From Corynebacterium urealyticum (GTDB taxonomy: Bacteria; Actinomycetota; Actinomycetes; Mycobacteriales; Mycobacteriaceae), in the NCBI GenBank assembly GCA_020741275.1, contig DYZK01000025.1, positions 12,747 through 76,746 of the forward strand: a stretch of 64,000 nucleotides of DNA, written 5' to 3'. The notes below the pieces were generated by a model that saw only the letters and a program-made list of their open reading frames with translations, was not told where the DNA came from and did not search any database. This document shows positions 10,841 through 22,228 of the stretch, one piece after another; the first letter of the stretch is position 1, and the number at the start of each line of letters is the position of its first letter. The position numbers and the translations under genes were made by a program.

Positions 10841-11857
10841 GTGACTGAACACAACGCAATTGAACCTGGCAGCAACGTCCTCGTCACCGGTGGTGCGGGC
10901 TACGTGGGCAGCGTGTGCACTGCTGTCCTCGTTGAAAACGGATTCCACGTCACCGTCGTGGATAACCTGAGCACCGGCAATCGGTCCGCGATCCACCCGA
11001 AGGCGAACTTCGTGGAAGGCGACATTGCCGATGTGGCCAGCGAGGTTCTGGCGGATGGCGATTTCGCCGCCGTCTTCCACTTCGCCGCGCGATCTCTCGT
11101 GGGCGAATCCGTGGAGCAGCCGGATGCCTACTGGCACCACAATGTCGTCACAACCCTCACGCTGCTGGACGCGATGCGCGAAGCAGGCGTGAAGAACATC
11201 GTCTTCTCCTCCACCGCTGCCTGCTATGGCGAACCGGAACAGGTGCCCATTACGGAGGACATGCCCACGGCTCCGACGAACCCCTACGGTGCCTCGAAGC
11301 TGACGATCGACTACATGCTCTCCTCCTACGCCAAGGCCTACGGCCTGGCGGCGACGAGCCTGCGCTACTTCAACGTCGCGGGCGCCTATCAGCAGTTCGG
11401 TGAGAACCGTGAGGTGGAGACCCACCTGATCCCGATCGTCCTGCAGGTCGCTCTGGGCCACCGCGAGTCGATCAGCATCTTCGGCTCCGATTGGCCCACC
11501 AAGGACGGCACAGCAGTGCGCGACTACATCCACATCAAGGACCTCGCGGATGCCCACGTGCTGGCTGCGACGTCCAATGTGGCCGGCGAGCACCGGATCT
11601 TCAACCTTGGTAGCGGTGATGGGTTCAGCGTCCGGGAGGTCATCGACACCTGCCGGGAGGTCACCGGGGCCGAGATCCCGGCGATCGAGGCTCCTCGGCG
11701 CGCCGGAGACCCGGCAGTGCTCATCGCCTCGAGCGCGAAGGCTATCGCTGAGCTGGGATGGGAGCCGAAACTCTCGGATCTGAAGACGGTGGTGTCGGAC
11801 GCTTGGCGTTTTACCTCCGCGCTGGGCGATGCGGCCCACTCCGCTCCACGCCCTTAA
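10841..11857 (+). CDS. galE: UDP-glucose 4-epimerase
   Basis: [12 protein letters not shown] Rossmann motif, YGASK catalytic motif and RAGDPAVL. The start is placed at GTG 10841, with TTG 10823 as an alternative. Confidence 0.9.
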   Translation: MTEHNAIEPGSNVLVTGGAGYVGSVCTAVLVENGFHVTVVDNLSTGNRSAIHPKANFVEGDIADVASEVLADGDFAAVFHFAARSLVGESVEQPDAYWHHNVVTTLTLLDAMREAGVKNIVFSSTAACYGEPEQVPITEDMPTAPTNPYGASKLTIDYMLSSYAKAYGLAATSLRYFNVAGAYQQFGENREVETHLIPIVLQVALGHRESISIFGSDWPTKDGTAVRDYIHIKDLADAHVLAATSNVAGEHRIFNLGSGDGFSVREVIDTCREVTGAEIPAIEAPRRAGDPAVLIASSAKAIAELGWEPKLSDLKTVVSDAWRFTSALGDAAHSAPRP

Positions 11858-13170
11858 GGTTGCGCGAGCTCACCTCCCTCGGTGTCGAGGTGACGTAGGT
11901 GTTCAACGGCATCCCAGTCAAGCACCCGCATGAAGGCCTCCCGAGTGTCGGCCGGGACGTGTTCGTGCGGGTTCTTCCCGTTCAGGACCTCTGTGGCGAT
12001 TGCGACCTTATCCTTGACGATCTGGAGCGCGAGGCCGGTTTTCAGGGCTATGACGAGCACCTGGTTATCCTTCCATCCCATGGCGCTGGTCGCCTCGCAG
12101 ACTGCCCGACGCGCGGTGTGGAATGCGACTACTCCTTCCCCATTCCCGACGAGTACCTGGGTGAGCACGTAGAGCACATTGCTTCTCACGTCGCCGGCTG
12201 TGTGGCGCGCAGTTGCGGCGAGAAGTGAGCGGATGACGGGCGAAGGCATGCCTATCGATGCGGTGATGAGGAAAGCCTGGCTGCGCGGGTCGCCGCAGAG
12301 CCCGGCGATCGCGCTCAGCAGCGCCAGGTCTGCCATTGCATCCTCCACTGTGGTGAGACCATCGAGTATCTCTTCTGTTTTCGCCAACAGCTGACGGAGG
12401 GCGGCATCCAGGCACTGCGGGTTCGGCTGCCTGGCCAAGGGTGGGTTCTGTTGGTCCAGCCAGCATTCCATGTCCTCGCGAGCTGCGAAGTTCAGGGCAT
12501 TGGTCACCCCCGCGTGGAGGGCTACTGGGTTGGCGCTTTGTACCGGGATGGTCCCCTCGTCCACCCATAGTTGGGTGTGGAGGTCATATGTCGCCCACTC
12601 TTGGTGGTCCGCGATCTCCTGGGCCCAGTGGCTGGTGTGCACGGGGATTCCGGCCAGGGCGAGTTGGGTGCGTGTGTCAGTGAATACGTCGACGGCGCGG
12701 GCCGGGGTGCCACCGATAACGAGGATGATCACCTGCGGGCATTGATCCGTCGGCACGGTGTCCGAGATGGGAGCCCCCAATGCGGCACAGAAGGTGTCGA
12801 GGGCCTCCTCGGTGCTATCACCGTCCAGGTCGGCTCTCACGACGGGGCCAACCTGAAAGGTGACGGTGGCGTGTGTGGTGGCGCGGTCACCCGGATTGCT
12901 GCCTCGGGGTGGCCCGTCCTTGCTGACCGGTTGGAGTCCGATGAGTACCAAGGAGTCCTGCGGTGTGAAACCGAGCATGGCTGGTAGCCCTGCGAGCAGA
13001 GCCCCGGGGTCGGCTCCCAGGGAGATGTCGCGCTGCCCGGTTGGTGCGGTGTCGCCGCCTTGTAGGCCCCGCAGCCTATTGCCGGGTGTCTGGGACCGCG
13101 CGGCGGTGGTCTCGTGGGGAATATTGCGATGGTCGTTGTGGTTGGAATGACGTGAATCGTGTGATCTCAT
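11854..13170 (-). CDS. DUF4192-family protein
   Basis: The ORF is open to 13296. ATG 13170 is chosen as the start. The N-terminal segment [26 protein letters not shown] is typical of DUF4192. Its stop overlaps the galE stop by 4 nt. Confidence 0.6.
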   Translation of the reverse strand: MRSHDSRHSNHNDHRNIPHETTAARSQTPGNRLRGLQGGDTAPTGQRDISLGADPGALLAGLPAMLGFTPQDSLVLIGLQPVSKDGPPRGSNPGDRATTHATVTFQVGPVVRADLDGDSTEEALDTFCAALGAPISDTVPTDQCPQVIILVIGGTPARAVDVFTDTRTQLALAGIPVHTSHWAQEIADHQEWATYDLHTQLWVDEGTIPVQSANPVALHAGVTNALNFAAREDMECWLDQQNPPLARQPNPQCLDAALRQLLAKTEEILDGLTTVEDAMADLALLSAIAGLCGDPRSQAFLITASIGMPSPVIRSLLAATARHTAGDVRSNVLYVLTQVLVGNGEGVVAFHTARRAVCEATSAMGWKDNQVLVIALKTGLALQIVKDKVAIATEVLNGKNPHEHVPADTREAFMRVLDWDAVEHLRHLDTEGGELAQP

Positions 13171-13383
13171 GAACAAAGTGTGCTCGATCACCCGGTCAGC
13201 CCCAGCGCAGCAGCGTTGGTCTGCGGAGGAGAACCGCCAGGGCCCTGTGGACACGCAGTGGACTGTGGATAACTTCCCCACGCCGGAGCCCGCCACGTAT
13301 TTTGGTTGGCCTGAACTCGGTTAATGCCGAGATCCCCGGCCCGCTGCCCCGCAGTCGTTGTAAAGAAAGGGAGCGCAAAGACG

Positions 13384-14418
13384 ATGCCTCAGGACAATTC
13401 TTTTAGCCGCCGTCCCCGGAACACCATGTATGAGATGGAATATCCCGTTCCGCTGGAGGCGGATTCGCCGGACGAGGGTATTCCGATGCTGATCGCGCTC
13501 CAGGGCTATGCCGATGCGGGCCAGGCCATCGCTGTCAGCGGAAATCACCTCCTGGAGGCTCTGGATAGCTCGGTTGTCGCCAGCTTCAACCTCGATGATC
13601 TACTGGATTACCGCGCACGGCGCCCCAGCATCACGATCGACCAGAATCGGATCACCAAGTCCGACAAGCTCAGCCTGGACGTGCGCATCGTCAAGGACGT
13701 CAACGACCGGCCGTTCCTGCTGGTCGCCGGCCCAGAGCCGGACCTGAAGTGGGAGGCATTCGGACACGCCATCATGGAGTTGGCGCAGCGAGCGAATGTC
13801 TCCCGGGCGATTTCCTTCTATGCTGCCCCGATGACGGTGCCGCACACCCGCCCGCTGGTGATTTCCGCGCACGCTTCAGACCCCTCCCTGGTGCGGGATT
13901 ACCACACGTGGGACGCACGGCTGGTGATCCCGGGGGCTGCTGCGCTTGAGACCGAAATGCAGCTGTCTGCCGCGGGATTCGACGCCATTGGGCTCACGGC
14001 CCATGTGCCGCACTACATTGCGGGTTCGGAGTACCCAGAGGCAAGCTACGCGCTGCTGAAGGCCTTCGGCGACCTTGCCGACCGCGAACTGCCGTTGAGG
14101 GCGCTGGAGAAAGATATGTCGCGCGTACAGCAGCAGCTCGCACAGCAGACGGAGGAATCCCACGAGATCGCTACCGTCGTTGGGGCCCTCGAGCAGCAGT
14201 ACGACAAGGAAGTCCGTAGGCTTCGAAAGAAGAAGAGTTCGTTGCTCGAGCCAGGACAGGACATCCCCACTGGCGAGGAGCTGGGCGCCGAGTTCGAGGC
14301 ATTCCTGGCCCGCATGAATGACGCGGCGGATACCGATTCCGCGGCAGGCGGGGAGGATCCGGCGGATCCCACCGATAGCAACGACCCACACGACGACGAT
14401 GAAGGAGACTCACAGTAG
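13384..14418 (+). CDS. PAC2 (proteasome assembly chaperone 2-like) family protein
   Basis: PMLIALQGYADAGQAI ... GPEPDLKWEAF ... acidic C-terminal tail. ATG 13384 lies behind an aaaggga SD. The position matches Rv2714. Confidence 0.7.
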   Translation: MPQDNSFSRRPRNTMYEMEYPVPLEADSPDEGIPMLIALQGYADAGQAIAVSGNHLLEALDSSVVASFNLDDLLDYRARRPSITIDQNRITKSDKLSLDVRIVKDVNDRPFLLVAGPEPDLKWEAFGHAIMELAQRANVSRAISFYAAPMTVPHTRPLVISAHASDPSLVRDYHTWDARLVIPGAAALETEMQLSAAGFDAIGLTAHVPHYIAGSEYPEASYALLKAFGDLADRELPLRALEKDMSRVQQQLAQQTEESHEIATVVGALEQQYDKEVRRLRKKKSSLLEPGQDIPTGEELGAEFEAFLARMNDAADTDSAAGGEDPADPTDSNDPHDDDEGDSQ

Positions 14419-16976
14419 TGGGAATCGCTGCCCAGCTGGCCGACCTACTCCCCGACCTCGACGAGGTCCCTGAAGGGCTCGTTGACAACGCCGTGTTGGC
14501 GTCCTTCCTGCGGTGGACGGAAGACCGCGGGATCAGCCTCTACGAGGCGCAGAAGGAGGCAGCCACGGCGCTGGTCGCCCAGGACCACGTCATCCTGGCG
14601 ACCCCCACGGGGTCCGGGAAGTCCATGGTGGCCCTGGCGGCCCACTTCGTGGCGCTGGCGCGCGGGCAGCGCAGTTTCTACACCGCCCCAATCAAGGCTC
14701 TAGTCAGCGAGAAGTTCTTCGACCTCTGCGCAACCTTTGGCCCTGAGAATGTGGGCATGATGACCGGTGATGCCACCGTCAATGGTGGTGCCCCCATCAT
14801 CTGCGCCACCGCCGAGATTCTCGCCAATATCGCGTTGCGCGACGGCAAGGACGCGCAGGTCGACCAGGTGGTCATGGATGAGTTCCACTACTACTCCGAA
14901 CCCGACCGTGGCTGGGCCTGGCAGGTGCCCCTCCTGGAACTCCCCCGCGCCCAGTTCCTGCTGATGAGCGCCACGCTGGGAGACACAGCGTGGCTGGAGA
15001 AGGACCTAACCGACCGCACCGGCAGGCCCTGCACCCACGTTTCTGGCTCCGTACGCCCAGTTCCGCTGAGCTTCGACTATGTCTACACCCCGGTGCACGA
15101 GACGATCGAGGAGCTGGTCAAGGACGGCAAGGCCCCGGTCTACGTCGTACATTTCACCCAGCGCGAGGCCATCGAGCGCGCTCAGGCGCTGACGAGCCTG
15201 AGCTTGGTCAACGATGAGAAGAAGAAGGCGATCGCCGAGGCGATCGGGAACTTCAAGTTCACCACCAGCTTCGGCAAGACCCTATCCAAATTGCTGCGTC
15301 GCGGGATTGGTGTCCACCACGCCGGCCTGCTGCCGAAATACCGGCGCCTGGTGGAACAGCTCGCCCAGCAGGGCCTGCTGACCGTCATCTGCGGCACCGA
15401 CACCCTGGGCGTGGGAATCAACGTCCCGATCCGCTCGGTGCTCATGACGGAGCTAGCGAAGTTCGATGGTGAACGCCACCGCATCCTGAAGTCCCGGGAG
15501 TTTCACCAGATCGCCGGACGAGCAGGACGCGCAGGCTACGACACGGAAGGCACCGTCGTCGTCCAGGCGCCGGAACACGAGATTGAGAACTTTCGGCTCC
15601 GCCAACGGGCCGGGACGGACCCGAAGAAGCTCAAGCGGCTGCGCAAGAAGTCCGCGCCACAGGGCCGAACCACCTGGTCCGAGTCCACATACGAACGCCT
15701 GCTCACCGCGGAGCCAGAGGAGCTGGTCAGCCAGTTCACGATGGGCAACTCGATGCTGCTGAACATCGTCGCCCGCAAGGAGTGGACCTTCGCCGCCCTC
15801 AAGCGTCTGCTCCGCAGCACCCACGAGACACGCGCGAAGCAGAACGCTCACATCCGCACCACGATCGAGCTCTACCGTGGCCTGCTTCGCTCCGAGGTGG
15901 TCGAGGAGTTCGCGGCGGACACGCCGTCCGGGAAGGACGCCCGGCTAACCCAGGAACTGCAGCGGGACTTCGCGCTCAACCAACCGCTGGCCCCGTTCGC
16001 GCTAGCTGCCCTAGATCTGCTCGACCCGGAGTCCCCGGAGTTCACCCTGGACGTGATCTCCACCTTCGAGGCGGTTCTCGACGATCCCCGTCAGGTACTC
16101 AGCGGCCAGCAACGCGCAGCTCGCGATGAGGAGCTCGCCGCGCTCAAGGCGGAGGGCGTGGACTACACCGAGCGGATGAATATCCTCGAGGCCGTCACCT
16201 ACCCGCAGCCGCTGGCCGAGTCCCTCGACAATGCCTTCGACATCTTCTGCGAATCCAACCCCTGGGCGAAGGACTTCGACATCTCCCCGAAGTCGGTTCT
16301 GCGGGACATGATCGAAAAGGGCATGACCTTCTCGGACATCATCGCTACCTACCGGCTGGGACGTTCCGAGGGCGTGGTGCTGCGCTACCTGACCGATGCG
16401 TGGCGCACCCTGGATCACTCGGTGCCACAGAGCTACCGCACGGAGGAGCTTGAGGACATCATCGAGTGGCTGGGCGAGCTCATCCGCCAGGTGGACTCCT
16501 CCCTGCTGGATGAGTGGGCCACCCTCTCCGACCCGGATGCCCCGCTGACCGAGGAGCAGGTCACAGAGCACGCCTTCGGAGTCACCGATAGTTCCGCACT
16601 CTCGGCCAACAAGCGGGCCCTGCGGCGCATGGTGCGCAACCACATGTTCCGCCACGTCGAGCTCTTCGCCTTCGAGAAGGAGGAGCAGCTGGCGGAGCTG
16701 GATTCCTACCTGGAGGACGCCCCCGACTGGCCCGCCGCCATGGACGATTACTTCGAGGAGTATGCGGACCTGGGGGTTGACGCCGACGCCCGTTCCAACT
16801 CGATGGTGCTCATCGACGAGAACCCGGAGGGTGCGCCCGGCCAATGGCGGGTGCGCCAGATTCTGGATGACCCGGAGAAGGACCACGGCTGGGCCTTCGA
16901 GGGCATGGTGGACCTGGCCGCTACCGACGAGGCCGGAGAGGTGCGCCTAGCCAGCCTGGTTATTCACCAAGGCTAG
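14418..16976 (+). CDS. Ski2-like DEAD/DEAH helicase with DUF3516-type C-terminal region
   Basis: 852-aa ORF with ATPTGSGKS Walker A, a MDEFHY DExH box, SATLG and HHAGLLP...GTDTLGVGINVP. The GTG start overlaps the PAC2 stop (TAGTG). Confidence 0.85.
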   Translation: MGIAAQLADLLPDLDEVPEGLVDNAVLASFLRWTEDRGISLYEAQKEAATALVAQDHVILATPTGSGKSMVALAAHFVALARGQRSFYTAPIKALVSEKFFDLCATFGPENVGMMTGDATVNGGAPIICATAEILANIALRDGKDAQVDQVVMDEFHYYSEPDRGWAWQVPLLELPRAQFLLMSATLGDTAWLEKDLTDRTGRPCTHVSGSVRPVPLSFDYVYTPVHETIEELVKDGKAPVYVVHFTQREAIERAQALTSLSLVNDEKKKAIAEAIGNFKFTTSFGKTLSKLLRRGIGVHHAGLLPKYRRLVEQLAQQGLLTVICGTDTLGVGINVPIRSVLMTELAKFDGERHRILKSREFHQIAGRAGRAGYDTEGTVVVQAPEHEIENFRLRQRAGTDPKKLKRLRKKSAPQGRTTWSESTYERLLTAEPEELVSQFTMGNSMLLNIVARKEWTFAALKRLLRSTHETRAKQNAHIRTTIELYRGLLRSEVVEEFAADTPSGKDARLTQELQRDFALNQPLAPFALAALDLLDPESPEFTLDVISTFEAVLDDPRQVLSGQQRAARDEELAALKAEGVDYTERMNILEAVTYPQPLAESLDNAFDIFCESNPWAKDFDISPKSVLRDMIEKGMTFSDIIATYRLGRSEGVVLRYLTDAWRTLDHSVPQSYRTEELEDIIEWLGELIRQVDSSLLDEWATLSDPDAPLTEEQVTEHAFGVTDSSALSANKRALRRMVRNHMFRHVELFAFEKEEQLAELDSYLEDAPDWPAAMDDYFEEYADLGVDADARSNSMVLIDENPEGAPGQWRVRQILDDPEKDHGWAFEGMVDLAATDEAGEVRLASLVIHQG

Positions 16977-17928
16977 CGGCCAGCTCCGCCCGGGCGGTTT
17001 CCTGCACCGCTGCAAAGGACTCAGAGAGGATGCGGCCGAGTTCTTCGTAGTCCTCGGTGCGCACGCTGCTGGAGCGGTGGGCGATCCCCACCGTGCGGCC
17101 TGCCGCCTTCTCCTCGGGGTGGAAGGTCGCCAAGCCGATGCCCGGGCGCTGGCACTCGCTGGGCACCGCGCTCAGCGGGACGAGGGTCGCGCCCTGCCCG
17201 GCGGCGACGAGGTGGACCACGGTGGACAGACTCGTCGCCCGGGTCACCGCCAGCCGGGGGTCATGGCTCATATTCACCCTGCGGCACAGGTCCATCACCT
17301 GGTCCCGCAAGCAGTGCCCCTCGTCGAGAAGCAGGAGGTCGAGTTTTTCGAGGTCGGCGACGCGCAGATCGCGGCGGCCGGCCATCGGGTGGCCTTCTGG
17401 GACGACCACCACGAACTCCTCCTCGTAGAGGGGAATCGTGGTCAGCCCGGCATCCTCAAACGGAAGGCCCAACACCGCAACGTCGATGCGCCCCTGCCGA
17501 AGGGCATCCACCAGGTGGTAGGTCTTCTCCTCCACGATCTGGGGGGCATCCCCAGCCTGCGGTTCATCGAGGGAGCGCAAGAAATCGGGGAGCAGGAAGG
17601 GGGCGATCGTCGGGATCATGCCCACGACCAGGGCGCTGCCCAGCCCGCCTTTCACAGAATTGGCGTGATCAACGAGGGCGTCCACGCTCTCGAGCGTGGC
17701 ATGGGCGAAGGGCAGCAGCGAGCGCCCCATCGGGGTCACGATGACTTTCCGGGTTGAGCGCTCGATCAGCTGCACGCCGAGCCCCTGCTCCAGGGTCGCG
17801 AGAGCCTGCGAGAGCGATGGCTGGGAAATGCCCAGGTGCGCCGCCGCGGTGCCGAAGTGGCCGTGCTCTGCGATCGTCGCGAAGGTCCGGACCTGTGCGA
17901 TGGTCGGCCGATACTCTTTGTGGGTCAC
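16960..17928 (-). CDS. oxyR: LysR-family peroxide-sensing regulator OxyR
   Basis: An N-terminal wHTH (IAQVRTFATIAEHGHFGTAAAHLGISQPSLSQ) and the redox Cys pair in LLDEGHCLRDQVMDLC are present. It is divergent from hrpA. Confidence 0.85.
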   Translation of the reverse strand: MTHKEYRPTIAQVRTFATIAEHGHFGTAAAHLGISQPSLSQALATLEQGLGVQLIERSTRKVIVTPMGRSLLPFAHATLESVDALVDHANSVKGGLGSALVVGMIPTIAPFLLPDFLRSLDEPQAGDAPQIVEEKTYHLVDALRQGRIDVAVLGLPFEDAGLTTIPLYEEEFVVVVPEGHPMAGRRDLRVADLEKLDLLLLDEGHCLRDQVMDLCRRVNMSHDPRLAVTRATSLSTVVHLVAAGQGATLVPLSAVPSECQRPGIGLATFHPEEKAAGRTVGIAHRSSSVRTEDYEELGRILSESFAAVQETARAELAASLGE

Positions 17929-18058
17929 TGCTACCTATCAATGTTTCAACAATGCTGAAGCCTTATCCTACGCGAGCTGGCCGGGTGGTTTTAGCCAAAA
18001 GCTATGAATGGCTCCCGGCTACAGCGGACAGTCACAGAGTTGTTAAGCTGGAGCCCTA

Positions 18059-21000
18059 ATGAGCAGGGAAAATAGCGATAAGAGCACGCAAAAATCAGCG
18101 CAACAGCCGTCGCGGCACCCCAGAAACGGGCGTCACCGCAACCGCGGGGGCAAGCCGCGCCGCCGGGGACGCAGCGGCCGCCAGCGCCGGGAGCGCACGG
18201 CCAGCGTCAATCTGCCGCAGCAGGACCGGGTCTTCCCTCAGATCCACTTCCCTAGCGAGCTGCCCGTCTCGGAGCGACAGGCGGATATCAAAAAGGCTAT
18301 CGCTGAAAACCAGGTCGTCATCATCGCCGGTGAGACTGGCTCCGGTAAGACCACCCAAATTCCGAAGATGTGTCTGAACCTGGGTCGCGGCAAGCGGCAA
18401 CGCATCGGGCACACCCAGCCCCGGCGCATCGCCGCCCGCAGCGTGGCAGACCGCATCGCCGAGGAGCTCGGATCGAGCACGGATAAGCCGGATTCCCTGG
18501 TCGGCTATAAGATCCGCTTCGACGATAAAACCAGCGAGAACACCGCGGTCAAGCTCATGACCGACGGTGTTTTGCTCAACGAGATCCAGCGCGACCGGCT
18601 ACTCCGCGAATACGACACGATCATCATCGATGAGGCGCACGAACGCAGCCTGAACATCGACTTCCTGCTGGGGTACCTGAAAAACCTGTTGCCAAAGCGC
18701 CCGGATCTGAAGCTGATCATCACCTCCGCGACGATCGACCCCGAAAGCTTCGCGAAGCACTTCGCCAGCGCCGACGGCACACCCGCGCCAATCGTCGAGG
18801 TCTCGGGCCGAACCTACCCGGTCGAGATCCTGTACCGCCCGCTGGAGCGAAGCTATACCGACCCGAACAGCGGCGAGATCACCACCCACGTGACGGACCC
18901 GTTGGACGGGCTGATCGAGGCTGTCGACGAGCTGTGGAGCTTCGGTAGCGGCGACATCCTGTGTTTCTTCTCTGGGGAACGCGAAATCCGGGATGCCGCC
19001 GAGGCGCTGGATAAGCATCTCAACCGCGACCGGCGTGGGGCGCGCGTAGACATCCTTCCCCTGTTTGGTCGACTGTCGAACGCGGAACAGCACCGCGTGT
19101 TCAACCCTGGCCAACGCCGCCGGATCGTGCTTGCCACGAATATTGCCGAGACTTCCCTAACGGTGCCGGGCATCCGCTTCGTCGTGGATACCGGCTATGC
19201 GCGCATCTCCCGCTACTCCAACCGCACGAAGGTGCAGCGCCTGCCGGTGGAGGAGATCAGCCAGGCCTCCGCGAAACAGCGCTCGGGCCGTTGTGGCCGT
19301 GTCGCCGACGGTATTGCGATTCGGCTGTACTCGGAAGAAAATTTCGAGGCCCGTCCGGAGTTCACCGATCCCGAAATTCTGCGCACCCACCTGGCCAGCG
19401 TCATCCTGGCGATGCTCGCACTGGGTCTCGGCGATATCCAGAAGTTCCCCTTCCTGCAGGCCCCAGACTCCCGCGCGGTGCGCGACGGTGTGGCACTGCT
19501 CAGCGAGCTAGGTGCCATCGCCGGCGGCGACCGACACACGTTGACGGACGTGGGCCGGGACATGTCCCGCATCCCGACCGACCCACGCTTGGCCCGCATG
19601 ATGGTCGCCGCCCACCGCCTGAACATCCTGGACCAGGTGACCGTCATCGTCGCTGCACTATCCATCCAGGACGTCCGGGAACGGCCGCTGGAGAAGCAGC
19701 AACAAGCCGATGAGCTCCATGCGCGTTTCAAGGCGAACTCGGACTTCATTTCCACCCTGAAGCTGTGGAGCTATCTGCAGCAGCAGCGCGCCGAGCTCAG
19801 CGGAAACCAGTTTCGCAAGCTCTGCCAGCGGGAGTTCATCCACTATCTGCGCGTCCTGGAGTGGGCCGACCTGGTTCGTCAACTGCTCAATATCGCCAAG
19901 GAACTGCGCTGGTCGGTGCCGAATATTCAGCATGTCCGGCAGCTGACCTTCGACGGCGAGCCAATCGCCGAGGATGATGTCCACCGCGCCCTGCTGTCCG
20001 GGCTGATCAGCCACATCGGCATGCGGGAAGGCGAGAGCCGCCAATTCACTGGACCCCGCAACTCGCACTTTGTGGTGCACCCGAGCTCCTATGTGGCGAA
20101 GAAGCCACCGCAATGGATCATGGCCGCGGAGCTGGTCGAGACATCCCGAATCTTTGCCCGCACAGTGGGCCCGATCCGCCCGGAGTGGGTGGAATCAATC
20201 GCACCCCATATGGTGAAGTACACCCACTCGGAGCCACACTGGTCCTCGAAGCGGGGTGCGGCGATGGTCTATGAGAAGGCCCTTTTGCTTGGTCTCCCCA
20301 TCGTCACGGAGCGCCGCGTCAACCTGGGCCGAATTAACCCAGAGCTGGCGCGGGATATGTTCATCCGCAAGGCACTGGTCGAAGGCGACTGGGAGACGCG
20401 CCACAAGTTCTACCGCCACAATCAGGAGCTGCTGGAGCAGGCCGAGAAGCTGGAGGATAAGGCCCGTCGCCGAGACATCGTGATCGATGACGATGCCCTG
20501 TTTTCTTTTTACGACGCCCGCCTGCCCGCAGATATCATCTCCAGCCGGCACTTTGATTCCTGGTGGAAGAAAGCTCGACACAAGAAGCCGGATCTGCTGG
20601 ATTTTTCGCTCGACGCGCTCATTGATTCGCACGAAGGGGCTGCCGAAGCCAACGAGTTTCCGGACATCTGGCGGCAGGGCAGCCTCGAGTTCGACCTGGA
20701 ATATGTATTCGACCCCACCGATCCGCGCGACGGCATCACCATGCAGGTTCCGCTCCCCCTGCTGGCAAACATTGACCCGGAAATTACGCAGTGGTTGGTT
20801 CCGGGCATGCGTCACGAGCTAGCGGTGGCACTCATCCGTTCACTGCCCAAGGCGATCCGTAAGTCGGTGGTTCCGGCCACGGATTTCGCAGCACGGGCGT
20901 TGGAGCTCATGACTCCTTACGATGGGGCGATCGATGAGTCGCTGGCCGATGCGCTGCGCTCGCTGGGCGGTCGAGGCATCAATGCCACCGATTTTGACTG

Positions 21001-22174
21001 GGCCAAGGTGCCCGACCACCTGCGCATGAACTTTGCGGTTATTGACCGCCGCGGCAATGTGGTGCGCACCGGCCGCGACATCGTGGCACTCCAGCGAGAG
21101 CTGGCCGGCGATGTCCGCCAGGCAATTGCGGCGGCAAGTGCTCGTTCTCTGCGTGGTGGCCAGGGTTCTACGGCTGCCAGCCCGCTGGATGCCAAGGTGC
21201 ACCAGAAGGGCGCGGGCGCAGCTGGCAACAAGAGCCGGGGCGCTGGCGGGAAGAAGAAAGCTCAGGGCGGGGCCGGTGTGGGCGGCGTGCTCCAGCACGC
21301 TGACGAGTGGTCGGCCGACAACATCGGCGATATTCCTGAGTCCATCGAGACCGTCGTCGATGGCCAGGCTGTCAACGCGTTCCCCGCGCTAGTTGTCAGC
21401 TTCTCCGCTGGTAAAACAGGCCACCGCAGCACGAGTTTCGAGCTCAAGGCCTTCCCCACCGAGCAGGCTGCGAAGGCGCAGCAGTTCTCCACGGTGCTGG
21501 GGCTGATGGCCGAGGCTACCCCGCTGTCCACTGGCCAGATGCTTAAGGGACTGCCGTTGCGCCAGCGTGTGGCGCTGGAAAACTATCCGAACGGCGGCAT
21601 TGAGGCGTTGGTTGACGATGCACGCACGGCGGCGTGCCGCCAGCTTTTGGAGAAGCTCGGCCCAGTGATTAGGACCCCTGACGAGTGCGAACGAGCCTGC
21701 CAGACGGCCCGTCAGCAGGCGCCCGGGTTGGTGCGCCAAATCCTTGTGGCGTTCGCCCCTGCAGCACTGGCGATCCAGGACATCTCCACAGAGCTCGAAC
21801 AGTGGGATGGCTCCGCAATTGCGGAGATGAAGAAGCAAGTGCAGTTGTACGCCGCGGACCATAGCCTGGTGACGTGGGGTATTCAGCGCCTTCGGCACGT
21901 TCCTCGGTATGTCGAGGCAATGAAGGAAAGGCTGACACTGCTGGAGCGAGATCCTGATCGCGAAGCAGAGCTGGCGGAGGAGCTGGCGGAAGCGATGAAG
22001 ATTTATCAGCAGACGGTGGAGCGCCTGCCCAGCGCCCGGCAGGCCTCGCCCCAGGTCAAGGATCTGCGTTGGCTGATCGAGGAACTCATGGTGGCTCTTT
22101 TTGCCCAACACTTGGGCACTGCCCGCAGCGCGTCACTGCAGCGGGTCCGCAAGGCTGCCGGCCAGATCCGCTAG
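18059..22174 (+). CDS. hrpA: ATP-dependent RNA helicase HrpA
   Basis: 1371-aa DEAH helicase with GETGSGKTTQIP, IIIDEAHERS, TNIAETSLTVPGI and QRSGRCGR. HA2/OB domains and a long C-terminal region are present. Confidence 0.95.
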   Translation: MSRENSDKSTQKSAQQPSRHPRNGRHRNRGGKPRRRGRSGRQRRERTASVNLPQQDRVFPQIHFPSELPVSERQADIKKAIAENQVVIIAGETGSGKTTQIPKMCLNLGRGKRQRIGHTQPRRIAARSVADRIAEELGSSTDKPDSLVGYKIRFDDKTSENTAVKLMTDGVLLNEIQRDRLLREYDTIIIDEAHERSLNIDFLLGYLKNLLPKRPDLKLIITSATIDPESFAKHFASADGTPAPIVEVSGRTYPVEILYRPLERSYTDPNSGEITTHVTDPLDGLIEAVDELWSFGSGDILCFFSGEREIRDAAEALDKHLNRDRRGARVDILPLFGRLSNAEQHRVFNPGQRRRIVLATNIAETSLTVPGIRFVVDTGYARISRYSNRTKVQRLPVEEISQASAKQRSGRCGRVADGIAIRLYSEENFEARPEFTDPEILRTHLASVILAMLALGLGDIQKFPFLQAPDSRAVRDGVALLSELGAIAGGDRHTLTDVGRDMSRIPTDPRLARMMVAAHRLNILDQVTVIVAALSIQDVRERPLEKQQQADELHARFKANSDFISTLKLWSYLQQQRAELSGNQFRKLCQREFIHYLRVLEWADLVRQLLNIAKELRWSVPNIQHVRQLTFDGEPIAEDDVHRALLSGLISHIGMREGESRQFTGPRNSHFVVHPSSYVAKKPPQWIMAAELVETSRIFARTVGPIRPEWVESIAPHMVKYTHSEPHWSSKRGAAMVYEKALLLGLPIVTERRVNLGRINPELARDMFIRKALVEGDWETRHKFYRHNQELLEQAEKLEDKARRRDIVIDDDALFSFYDARLPADIISSRHFDSWWKKARHKKPDLLDFSLDALIDSHEGAAEANEFPDIWRQGSLEFDLEYVFDPTDPRDGITMQVPLPLLANIDPEITQWLVPGMRHELAVALIRSLPKAIRKSVVPATDFAARALELMTPYDGAIDESLADALRSLGGRGINATDFDWAKVPDHLRMNFAVIDRRGNVVRTGRDIVALQRELAGDVRQAIAAASARSLRGGQGSTAASPLDAKVHQKGAGAAGNKSRGAGGKKKAQGGAGVGGVLQHADEWSADNIGDIPESIETVVDGQAVNAFPALVVSFSAGKTGHRSTSFELKAFPTEQAAKAQQFSTVLGLMAEATPLSTGQMLKGLPLRQRVALENYPNGGIEALVDDARTAACRQLLEKLGPVIRTPDECERACQTARQQAPGLVRQILVAFAPAALAIQDISTELEQWDGSAIAEMKKQVQLYAADHSLVTWGIQRLRHVPRYVEAMKERLTLLERDPDREAELAEELAEAMKIYQQTVERLPSARQASPQVKDLRWLIEELMVALFAQHLGTARSASLQRVRKAAGQIR

Positions 22175-22228
22175 CCCAATGCTGGGCAGGCCGCGCGAGC
22201 GCAAGGGACAACGCTATCGGCAGGGTTC

